Assembly: GCA_041751215.1 (NCBI GenBank)
Contig: JBGSXW010000002.1
Coordinates: 157,287 to 221,286, forward strand
Direction: 5' to 3'
Source: Candidatus Saccharimonadales bacterium
Lineage (GTDB): Bacteria; Patescibacteriota; Saccharimonadia; Saccharimonadales; JBGSXW01
DNA: 64,000 nt
Part shown: in pieces, positions 47,926 through 55,665 of the stretch
Layout of the letters: every line of letters starts with the position of its first letter
Position numbering within the stretch: the stretch's first letter is position 1
The notes under the pieces: model-generated
Databases searched by the model: none
The model's input: the letters and a program-made list of their open reading frames with translations, nothing else
Told to the model about the DNA's origin: nothing
Position numbers and translations under genes: made by a program

Positions 47926-48450
47926 CTAGCCTGTGCGTGCCAGTATCTCATCCACGACTTGATCTAGTGATTGAGTGGCATCAATAACTGTTGCGCCAAA
48001 TGACGTAAACTCGTTTTCCTTACTACGATTCTCCGCAATGATCTTTGCTAGCTCATGGGGCTTGGTGCCGTAGCTATGATCCCGAGGATTTGTAACTCGT
48101 TCTTTTATCGTTTTTTCGTCTGTCTTGAGCCAGATAACTTTGTCGCACAGTTGAGCTATTTCTAGCTCGTTGCTACCGCCACCACATAAGTACATTTGCT
48201 GTTTTTGTGATTGGCTTTGTAGCTTTTTGATCCACTCTTTATCTATAAGCCACTCGTGAGCCTCGAGCCATTCTTTCGTACGCTCTGGAGCTTGTCCAAA
48301 CTCGGCAGCTTTCTCGCCAGTCTGCTTGTTGTAATAGGCTGCATGACCACTGTGTTCTATGTCGACAGCGTCATATCCACGCCTTAAAAGCTCCTTGGCA
48401 ACCGCCGATTTGCCAGAAGTTGATATTCCTGTAATTAAGATTAAGGGCAT
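47926..48450 (-). CDS. P-loop NTPase / small nucleotide-kinase-like protein
   Basis: It has MPLILITGISTSGKSAVAKEL (Walker A), is 174 aa and resembles AAA_33 or shikimate/adenylate-kinase-like proteins. Confidence 0.6.
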   Translation of the reverse strand: MPLILITGISTSGKSAVAKELLRRGYDAVDIEHSGHAAYYNKQTGEKAAEFGQAPERTKEWLEAHEWLIDKEWIKKLQSQSQKQQMYLCGGGSNELEIAQLCDKVIWLKTDEKTIKERVTNPRDHSYGTKPHELAKIIAENRSKENEFTSFGATVIDATQSLDQVVDEILARTG

Positions 48451-48521
48451 GTCGGCAATTATAGACTACCGAGGCTAGCTGCTAACATCAACGTGGAGTA
48501 AAAGGCCCTGTAGTTAACTAA

Positions 48522-49046
48522 ATGTGCGATAATAAGGCCATGATTAAACAACACATACACTTTATAAAAATGGGCGGAACAATTGAGTTTTTTGATCCAG
48601 CTTACGACGCAATCAATAAACGCCTTATGAAGCTCGACACTACCATCGATAGTTATCTACACAACTTGATACAGCCTCACTTTACTTTCAGTACTGAAAG
48701 CATTACGGAAAAGGACAGCCGAGATATCACTGAAGATGATAGGAACAAACTCCTCAAGGCAATCAGCTCAACAGAACACACCAACATCGTGGTTACGCAC
48801 GGAACATTCACCATGGTAGAGACCGCTAGATTTTTACAGGATCACTCTACTGAGGGTAAGAGGGTTGTCTTAACCGGATCAATGATTCCTATTTCTGGCT
48901 TTTCTACGTCTGACGCAGGCTTTAACCTGGGGTTTGTTATTGGCTCTTTTGCCAATATTCAACCCGGCGTATACCTGTCTATGAACGGCGGAGTATTCAC
49001 ACCAAGTGAAGTCGAGAAAAACACAGACCTTCTGCGATTTGAATAA
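48522..49046 (+). CDS. Asparaginase/glutaminase-family N-terminal domain protein (stand-alone or truncated)
   Basis: It has KMGGTIEF (TGGTIA-like) and VVTHGTFTMVETA (HGTDTM-like), the asparaginase N-domain motifs. It stops at 174 aa, with no C-domain. Confidence 0.55.
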   Translation: MCDNKAMIKQHIHFIKMGGTIEFFDPAYDAINKRLMKLDTTIDSYLHNLIQPHFTFSTESITEKDSRDITEDDRNKLLKAISSTEHTNIVVTHGTFTMVETARFLQDHSTEGKRVVLTGSMIPISGFSTSDAGFNLGFVIGSFANIQPGVYLSMNGGVFTPSEVEKNTDLLRFE

Positions 49047-49051
49047 CCAGA

Positions 49052-49795
49052 TCAAGCTACTTTATCGCGAACAAACTCTTTAACAGCCGACTCATCAGGC
49101 AAGCCAAGAATTCTATCGTCTTGTCTCTCCATGAGCAATGTGCTGATTCCTCGAACTCTGTGCCGGTATGCGGCGGGCGAGGTTTTTTGTAAAAACTTTT
49201 GTTGCAACGTAACTGAACCGGGAACAAGCACACTGTAAACTCCGGCAACGTAGTCTTCAAAACCTTCTAGGCCTTCATAGACTGAGGCAAGATTTCTTGC
49301 GTTGGCGATATTGCGTGCTTGTCGTTGGGGCGCACTACTCTCATCGAGGTCGCGCTTAAAGAATGCGGCCTGGCGAACTAAGCGGCAGCGATCTGCTAGT
49401 AGGCCAACTAGGCGTTGCTCGCGCTCTGGAGTGCAGCGGAAATCGTATCGAACAACTTCTTCAGTCGTAACCATCGCTCGGTGGAGGTCTTCGATCAGAT
49501 CTTCAAAACCATCGAGACCTGGGTTTAAGGGTTCGGCCAATTCTTGAAGTCGATCTATCTGCGCTAGTCGAATGTCGGCGATTCTTACCAACGGTAATTC
49601 GTTCTTTACGTTAACCATTTTAGGAATATCCATAGCGTACCTGTGTTCGGCAAGAACATCTACAAGTTGCGGTTCGATCAGGTCCATTTCGCCGCGAATT
49701 TCATCCAAAGATAAGTATTCTGGAAACTCCAAATGATACATTCGGCAAAAGGGTGCGATTGGGTCTGGCTCGTCAGCTGGATGATACTCGCTCAT
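49052..49795 (-). CDS. Hypothetical protein (247 aa, acidic, no TM helices)
   Basis: It is a long clean ORF with no recognisable motif. Confidence 0.45.
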   Translation of the reverse strand: MSEYHPADEPDPIAPFCRMYHLEFPEYLSLDEIRGEMDLIEPQLVDVLAEHRYAMDIPKMVNVKNELPLVRIADIRLAQIDRLQELAEPLNPGLDGFEDLIEDLHRAMVTTEEVVRYDFRCTPEREQRLVGLLADRCRLVRQAAFFKRDLDESSAPQRQARNIANARNLASVYEGLEGFEDYVAGVYSVLVPGSVTLQQKFLQKTSPAAYRHRVRGISTLLMERQDDRILGLPDESAVKEFVRDKVA

Positions 49796-49824
49796 AAAGC
49801 ATATTATATCATCAAATGCTGGAA

Positions 49825-51045
49825 CTAGGAAGATGTTGCCGGCTGCCTAAATCGCCTGACGCAACCGCATCGAACTAGTAGCCAGTAACTGATGCCTAAT
49901 CCGATCAGCATAAATGATCCCTGCACAAAGTACCCCGGCTGCAAGGATCCACCGGCAACCACAAAACCTAAGAATATCGTCATGATCATTCTGGTGAGCC
50001 TGCTAGCTAGCGACATGCCCGAGAGTACGGTTGCTCTGGTTTTATTGTCTAGCTCCTGATTGGCGTAATCGGAAATTAGTGGTCTTTCTAGGTTGAACAG
50101 CCCGATCGTGCTAATAACTAAAATCACAACCAAACTGTTCTGGGTTGCAAATGCTAGCCCTAAATATCCAGCTATCGAGCCGATTTTAATAATCGCAAAG
50201 GCTTTTTCAAACGTAAAGTAGCGTTCTAAAACGTACACGTGGCGCTGCAGCACAAAGTTAATGAACAACCCTGCGCTAAAGGCTGCTCCGACCCAAAAGT
50301 TATTTACATTCAGGTTTTCGAAGTGCGGACCATAAGTCCCGTACAAGAAGTACTCGTTGCAAATGGTTAGTAGCCCAATCATGGTTAGGGCAAAGATTGT
50401 GGTGTTGTTTTTCATCAGATGGAAGGTTTCTTTGAGCATGCTCCACATCTTTTGTTCTTGCTCTAGAACTGAATCGTTTTCGTATTTATCGCGCTTATCA
50501 AACAGGAACAACGAGTACGTGCTGATTCCAACCTGAAGCACCGCCGTAGCTAAAATAAGCGGCACAAAGCTTGCTGAGTTGTACTCGCCGTAAACTACCG
50601 CCGTTATTAGGCCAGCAACCAGGAGCCCGGCTACGCCGTTAGACAGCACAGCGCTGCTTTGTTTTTTATAGTTTAGTCCCTCGCGCTCAGAGGCTTCAAA
50701 CAACAAGGCTTCGTTTGCTCCGCTCACCAACGAATGGCCAAAACCGCGGATTACGTTCATGAGGTACAGTCCGGCCGTTGTCGGAGAGATTATTAGGGCC
50801 AACAAACCCAGCGCACTAGTAAGGTATCCTAGAGACAAAGAGAGCTTACGACTAAACTTGTCTGCAACCACACCAGTCGGCACCTCAGATAACAGCACGG
50901 TTGCAGAAAATACACTCTGCGCAATGACAACGTTGGTTAAAGACACGCCTTGGGATAAGGCGAAGAGGTTTGTGACAATCGTCGCAAAGTACATGCCATC
51001 GATAAACTCTATTATCTTGAGCTTTTTTACTGTTGAGGATTTCAT
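49825..51045 (-). CDS. MFS transporter
   Basis: It is 406 aa with about 12 TM helices and an MFS-type loop between TM2 and TM3. Confidence 0.75.
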   Translation of the reverse strand: MKSSTVKKLKIIEFIDGMYFATIVTNLFALSQGVSLTNVVIAQSVFSATVLLSEVPTGVVADKFSRKLSLSLGYLTSALGLLALIISPTTAGLYLMNVIRGFGHSLVSGANEALLFEASEREGLNYKKQSSAVLSNGVAGLLVAGLITAVVYGEYNSASFVPLILATAVLQVGISTYSLFLFDKRDKYENDSVLEQEQKMWSMLKETFHLMKNNTTIFALTMIGLLTICNEYFLYGTYGPHFENLNVNNFWVGAAFSAGLFINFVLQRHVYVLERYFTFEKAFAIIKIGSIAGYLGLAFATQNSLVVILVISTIGLFNLERPLISDYANQELDNKTRATVLSGMSLASRLTRMIMTIFLGFVVAGGSLQPGYFVQGSFMLIGLGISYWLLVRCGCVRRFRQPATSS

Positions 51046-51061
51046 TGATATTAGTTTAGCA

Positions 51062-51080
51062 GGTTGGGTTGGTTGGGTGG
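51062..51080. repeat. GGTTGG-type G-tract repeat (G-quadruplex-capable on the + strand; CCAACC repeats in the 5' leader of the MFS gene)
   Basis: The sequence is ggttgggttggttgggtgg, 17-35 nt upstream of the MFS start codon. Confidence 0.8.
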
Positions 51081-51200
51081 CAAGGACTGCGCGGGAAGTT
51101 TGGTATTCGTTGAAGTTGAAAGGTTAGCATAACATTAATACACGCCTACATAGTAGCAATCAGCTTAACTTAGAAATCCTCGCGAAAGTAAATATTGGGC

Positions 51201-52832
51201 TTACCTTTCTTTCATATTGAGTATGATAGCCTGGCCACGAGCCTCTGAACCGCTAGCATTTAACAAGTTTCTCTTACTTAAAACTCTCCTTAACGCCTCT
51301 AAGGCCAGCTCGATCGATCGATTACTGTCGTCGTACACTTTGTTCATAACTACATCCGGCGATCCGTGCACTAGTCGACTGCGTCTATTATAAAGATCTC
51401 GTATTTCTTTTGCTAATTCCTGTCGATTTCTTTCATTACTTGGCTCTATCAATAGGGACATTGCTGCCCGTATACGAAAAGAGGCTTCCTGTTTTGCGCC
51501 GAACATATTTTCCCATACAGTAATAGCATCGATGAATGCGTCGGAATGGTCCATCCTTTCAGTGGCGGCTAAAATTAGTCGCTTCATGCTAACACTTAGG
51601 TTATTTGGTGCTCGTTCAAGGCAGCCGAGCCACATAGCTATGTCTTTTGATTGATCTGGGCTTATGGTCTGCCTGGGATAACGAGTTGACGGCCACCTAT
51701 GTGGGCTCAGCGATGCGCTTCTACCCACGCAAAGAGGGTTTGGTGTGGTTGAAAACACATATCGCGGCGCAACGAACTGCTGCCCCTCGGACACAAGAAT
51801 CATTGCAAGAAGAGTTCTGTCTATACTGTTCTGGAGACTCTGTAGGTTCTTGTCTATCATGGCGTTGCGATCGTCGTCGCCGTATCGAACCGCAAACGGG
51901 TCTTTGCTGTCATTGCCTGTTGTGTTGTAGCTTTTAAGAACGCTGACCTTAGCTTGTAGCTCAATTACCACGCTGATCTCACCAACATCACCCACCAAAC
52001 CATGAAGGTCAACCTGACTGGGTCCCCTTATAGAAACACCGCCTGGTGCTGTTATAGACATAAGGCTAGGATCGAGGTCTACATTACCCAGCCCAACTAT
52101 GGTGCTCAGCTTAACCTCCTGGCCATTGGCTAAGCGTTTGACTTTCCGATAAGTAGCCTGGGCATTATTTGCATACTGCACAGCCTCGTCAATCCTACTA
52201 TTTGGTGCAATTGTAGACGAAAATATGATCGATTCTAACAGCATGCCCAGCGATACGGTGTTAAATAGTCCGTTGGATAGAATGATATTAGTGGAGACCG
52301 ACAGAAGCGAAGCTGGTTGGGATTTATAATACTTATAAGACTGCACGCCAGGAAACAGTTTACGTATAGGATTAGATGCCTTCGTTATTGCCAGACTGAA
52401 CTGTTTATTAAGGGGATGTCCATAGATTAACCCGAAAGATGATGCGTGCGTTCCGTCTCGGCCTTTCTTTACTAGACAGACCGGATACACGTCCCTAGCG
52501 ACAGCCATCAAGCTCTGTTCAGCGCTGTCTTTGACATCTTCAAAACCAGGAACGGAGGCGCCAAGACATCGGTAATGAAAGTAAGTAGCCCAAGAAGTGT
52601 TCAGTTCATCCCTGTAAGAGCACAATACGTGGCCTGTGTTCATCTGTAGGTCAATCCCTTCCTTTCCTCCTAGACTTTTCACCAAAGGCGCTAGCTTAGA
52701 TAGCGCGTCACTCTGTAGAGCGTTTGGGATAAGCCGATCCAATTCCTTTGTATTTACGGCGAGCATGAATGAGAGTAGCTCAACACCGAGGATCTCCTTG
52801 AGCTGCTTGATTAAATCTGTCGTGTTTTGCAC
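51201..52832 (-). CDS. Hypothetical 543-aa protein with a C-terminal HEPN-like helical domain (R-x4-H-G). It is a candidate abortive-infection or RNase effector.
   Basis: It has the C-terminal region ...RLILAATERMDHSDAFIDAITVWENMFGAKQEASFRIRAAMSLLIEPSNERNRQELAKEIRDLYNRRSRLVHGSPD... It sits immediately 3' of tRNA-Gln and has lower GC than its neighbours, about 41-48% in the stretches I sampled. It has no TM helices. Confidence 0.5.
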   Translation of the reverse strand: MQNTTDLIKQLKEILGVELLSFMLAVNTKELDRLIPNALQSDALSKLAPLVKSLGGKEGIDLQMNTGHVLCSYRDELNTSWATYFHYRCLGASVPGFEDVKDSAEQSLMAVARDVYPVCLVKKGRDGTHASSFGLIYGHPLNKQFSLAITKASNPIRKLFPGVQSYKYYKSQPASLLSVSTNIILSNGLFNTVSLGMLLESIIFSSTIAPNSRIDEAVQYANNAQATYRKVKRLANGQEVKLSTIVGLGNVDLDPSLMSITAPGGVSIRGPSQVDLHGLVGDVGEISVVIELQAKVSVLKSYNTTGNDSKDPFAVRYGDDDRNAMIDKNLQSLQNSIDRTLLAMILVSEGQQFVAPRYVFSTTPNPLCVGRSASLSPHRWPSTRYPRQTISPDQSKDIAMWLGCLERAPNNLSVSMKRLILAATERMDHSDAFIDAITVWENMFGAKQEASFRIRAAMSLLIEPSNERNRQELAKEIRDLYNRRSRLVHGSPDVVMNKVYDDSNRSIELALEALRRVLSKRNLLNASGSEARGQAIILNMKER

Positions 52833-52955
52833 TGTTTAGCTCTACATAGTTTCATTGGGTCTAATTATACATGGCAAAACATGTCAGCATACTTTTGAGG
52901 CTTTGCGTAAAGCTTATTTGTTACGGAAAAGAAAGGCTCTCATCCATCCACCAAC

Positions 52956-52997
52956 AAAACATGGGTCTGAAATCCACAATGTGGATGCCAGACCCAT
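52956..52997 (-). terminator. Long, near-perfect hairpin immediately 3' of tRNA-Gln, followed by a T-run on the minus strand
   Basis: It is catgggtctg aa atccaca a tgtggat gc cagacccatg. Uninterrupted 10-bp outer and 7-bp inner stems are separated by a 2-nt internal loop, with a 1-nt apical loop. On the minus strand it is followed by TTTTGTTGG. Confidence 0.55.
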
Positions 52998-53070
52998 GGC
53001 TGGGGCGGAGGGATTCGAACCCCCGATCCTGGGACCAGAACCCAGTGCCTTACCGCTTGGCCACGCCCCA
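52997..53070 (-). tRNA. tRNA-Gln (anticodon CUG) with encoded CCA
   Basis: I folded the cloverleaf by hand. The acceptor is UGGGGCG/CGCCCCA and the D-arm GCCAAGCGGUAAGGC is identical to E. coli tRNA-Gln. The anticodon stem CUGGG/CCCAG carries the loop UUCUGGU. The T-arm is GGGGG-UUCGAAU-CCCUC, the discriminator is G, then CCA. Confidence 0.85.
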
Positions 53071-53131
53071 TTAACGAAAGTTATTGTAACAGATTAGACC
53101 TAGTGATAGGTAGCTTGACCCAAAGCCTAGC

Positions 53132-53416
53132 TTGCTAAGCATAAGCCGGAGCCATACAATCAATGCCATGAAGCAAGAACAACTCATTAACTTTGCAGCC
53201 GGACTAGCCTTTGCCAGTTTTGCGATCTTTTTAGCAATGGTGCTCTTTATTAAGCCCGACTTTTTAGAGCCAGTAACTAACTGGATACATAACTTCGGCG
53301 TTATTACTATTGGCTCTATTAGACTCTCGATTGGTGGCACGATTGCCATCATCTTGTTCTTTGGCTTTATGGTTCCTAGCGCCTACGGCATCGGCAAAAA
53401 GAAGCATAAAAAATAG
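53132..53416 (+). CDS. Small hypothetical membrane protein (likely start at the Met near 53165)
   Basis: It has two TM helices (LAFASFAIFLAMVLFI; GGTIAIILFFGFMV) and a basic tail KKKHKK. Confidence 0.4.
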   Translation: MLSISRSHTINAMKQEQLINFAAGLAFASFAIFLAMVLFIKPDFLEPVTNWIHNFGVITIGSIRLSIGGTIAIILFFGFMVPSAYGIGKKKHKK

Positions 53417-53440
53417 CCCAGGCCCTGCCCTATCTAAAGA

Positions 53441-53998
53441 TTAGCTAGACTTTAAAAGCCGCGCAATAACCAATCTGGCCGTAGTGATTCCACCTATCAA
53501 AGCCAAGAAATAGCCGGCCATCCAGCCCCAGTAAGGCAAGCTGACTTCGCGCAGCAGCGCAATTACCACAATGCTGTACCAACTAGTGGCAGAAATTGCT
53601 CCGGTAATGGCAAAGAGCCAGATCTTTTTCTCTAATGCGCGGGATTTGCCGATCATGTTTTTGAGCTGCCTAAATACATAAAAGTGAAATACCAACCCAT
53701 TAAGCGTCACGATGCCAACTAGAGTGAGTTTGGCCTGAAAGCGCGGCGATTCAAGCAAGCCGGGTGCTTCGCCAGTTTCGGCGTAAGTTCGTACCAAAAA
53801 CCCAACGCCAGATAAGATTAAGACTAAGATTCCGGTCCAGACTATTCTAGATAACACCTTTAGGTTTTGGTAATCCTCTTTGGTGATCTTTTTGTTATTT
53901 AGCATGCGCATAAAGAACACATCGCTAACCGTTGCTCCGCCCAATCCAAAACCGACGCCAATGATGTGGCCAAGCAAAATAAGAGTGTGAAGTTCCAT
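53441..53998 (-). CDS. Hypothetical integral membrane protein (185 aa, about 4-5 TM helices)
   Basis: It has hydrophobic helices throughout and no recognisable family. Confidence 0.45.
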   Translation of the reverse strand: MELHTLILLGHIIGVGFGLGGATVSDVFFMRMLNNKKITKEDYQNLKVLSRIVWTGILVLILSGVGFLVRTYAETGEAPGLLESPRFQAKLTLVGIVTLNGLVFHFYVFRQLKNMIGKSRALEKKIWLFAITGAISATSWYSIVVIALLREVSLPYWGWMAGYFLALIGGITTARLVIARLLKSS

Positions 53999-54073
53999 GG
54001 CCTTAAATATACGTTAAAACGCCTATGTTAATCAAACTGGGCAGAAATTGAAGTTGATTGCTAAGTTTAAGCA

Positions 54074-55567
54074 GTGTTGTACAATATGCTTATATTTAAA
54101 CTCATATCAAAAAGGGGCATCTTTATGTCAGAAGATCAAAACAGCGCAGATGAGAGCTCAGTAAACGAAACCGCACCAGAAGAAACCGTACCCGAATCCG
54201 TACCAGACAAAACCGAACCAGAGCCAACAACCCCCAAAAACCCCAAGAATAAAAAACTCATACTAGTTGTTTTGGCCGTCTTAGCGCTGTTGCTGCTAGT
54301 TGCTGGCACAGTCATGATGATGTCCGGCAACGACGAGACTGAGCCCGAAGACAGCTCACAAACCGAGACCACGGCCGAGCTTAAAGCCGCCGTAACCCTA
54401 ATTGATGGCACCGCGCTTTATAGCGAGGACGGCGAAGCCTGGCGCGATCTAGCCGATGACGCCACGCTAGAGCAGGGAATGTACGTACGCACCGAGGCCG
54501 ACTCGCGCGTGATTCTTACTTTAGATGACGGAAGTGTCATCAGGCTCAACAACAGCTCCGAGGTGTTTTTAGACAGCCTGGCCGCCGAGGCGGTCTTAAT
54601 TGGTAATCAATCTGGCGAGGTCTACACACGAGTAGTTGAGTCTGATAGAACCTTTACGGTTAACGTCGACGAAGATGCTTACGAAGCTCTTGGCACCGCC
54701 TACCAAACCACTAACAAACCTCAAATTAAAGGCGTTAAGGTCTACCAAAGCGAAGTTGAGTTTAAGTCTAAAAGCCTTAAGGTGACCGAGGGTAAACAAT
54801 ACTTTGCTAAACACAGCGACAAAAAGCTAGCAGCCAAAGTAACCACCATCTCTTTGGTAAAGCTTCGTAAAGATGATTTTGCAAAGTGGAACCTCGAGCA
54901 AGACAAAGCCGATGCCGAGTTTAAGAACAAGCTTGGCTACCTAAGCAAGATCGAAGAAACTAAAAAAACCAACAATGAGCAAAAAGAAGACGAACCCTCT
55001 AGCGACGGAATCAGCCTAAGCGGAAGCAGCTCAGACAAAGGTGTGGCATTAAGCTGGAGTGTCAGCGGCGTTAGTGGCATGGAAGGATTCAAAGCCGTTT
55101 ACAGCAAAGACTCCTCGTTACCAACCTTTGGCAAACACTCATCTCACTATGCCAGCGGCGCCGACACCCGATCGACTGTGGTTGGCATAACCGATGGCAA
55201 GACTTACTACTTCCGCATCTGTGCCTACAAAAACGGAGCTTGCAGCAACTACAGCAACGCCGTGGTCGTTAAAGCCCCCTTTAAAGCTAAAGAAAAAGTT
55301 GTCAGCGGCGCAGTCAGCCTAAGTACTGTTGGCACAAAAGTTAAGTGGACCTTCGGTGGAACCGCCCCTTACGGATTTAAAGTTGTTTACTCTAAAACCA
55401 ACACCGCACCAAAATATGGCCAAGACAACGCGGCGTTTGTTGGCAAAGGAACAACTCAGTACGATATGTCGGGCTTAAGTCCAGGCACCTATCACGTCCG
55501 AGTCTGTAAATACACCGAGAGTGGCTGTGTCGACTACTCAAACAAAGTTGATGTTGTAGTTTCTTAG
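54074..55567 (+). CDS. Exported protein with a FecR-like domain and two C-terminal Fn3-like Cys-containing repeats (likely start 54126, MSEDQ)
   Basis: It has an N-terminal TM anchor and a FecR-like beta region (LIDGTALYSEDGEAWRDL... VILTLDDGSVIRLNNSSEVFL). Two repeats of about 85 aa each end in Y(Y/H)(F/V)R(I/V)C.Y...C..YSN.V.VV. Confidence 0.6.
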   Translation: MLYNMLIFKLISKRGIFMSEDQNSADESSVNETAPEETVPESVPDKTEPEPTTPKNPKNKKLILVVLAVLALLLLVAGTVMMMSGNDETEPEDSSQTETTAELKAAVTLIDGTALYSEDGEAWRDLADDATLEQGMYVRTEADSRVILTLDDGSVIRLNNSSEVFLDSLAAEAVLIGNQSGEVYTRVVESDRTFTVNVDEDAYEALGTAYQTTNKPQIKGVKVYQSEVEFKSKSLKVTEGKQYFAKHSDKKLAAKVTTISLVKLRKDDFAKWNLEQDKADAEFKNKLGYLSKIEETKKTNNEQKEDEPSSDGISLSGSSSDKGVALSWSVSGVSGMEGFKAVYSKDSSLPTFGKHSSHYASGADTRSTVVGITDGKTYYFRICAYKNGACSNYSNAVVVKAPFKAKEKVVSGAVSLSTVGTKVKWTFGGTAPYGFKVVYSKTNTAPKYGQDNAAFVGKGTTQYDMSGLSPGTYHVRVCKYTESGCVDYSNKVDVVVS

Positions 55568-55602
55568 CTCTCGCCGAAGCAATTTACCCATAGAAATGAA
55601 AA

Positions 55603-55646
55603 GGCCCACGATGCACGAGATAAACTCGTGAGCCTTTTCGTGGGCC
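55603..55646. terminator. Bidirectional compound hairpin terminator between convergent genes
   Basis: The outer stem is GGCCCACGA/TCGTGGGCC and the inner stem is CACGAG/CTCGTG. T-runs follow on both strands: CTTTT on the + strand after the inner stem and TTTTCATTT on the minus strand after the outer stem. Confidence 0.6.
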
Positions 55647-55665
55647 CGGTTGGCTGCAACACAGC

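Noticed and set aside
51201-52832. Treating the Rx4H match alone as proof of a HEPN domain in the 543-aa protein
   Set aside because: An R-x4-H spacing is expected by chance about once in a protein of this size. The HEPN call is kept only as a hypothesis. It is supported by the motif's location in a C-terminal helical region, its G after the H, its similarity to the RNxxxH protein in the gat operon, and the tRNA-adjacent low-GC context. It needs profile or structure confirmation.
52855-53097. 80-aa + strand ORF overlapping the tRNA-Gln gene
   Set aside because: It overlaps a confidently folded tRNA on the opposite strand. No coding signal is present.
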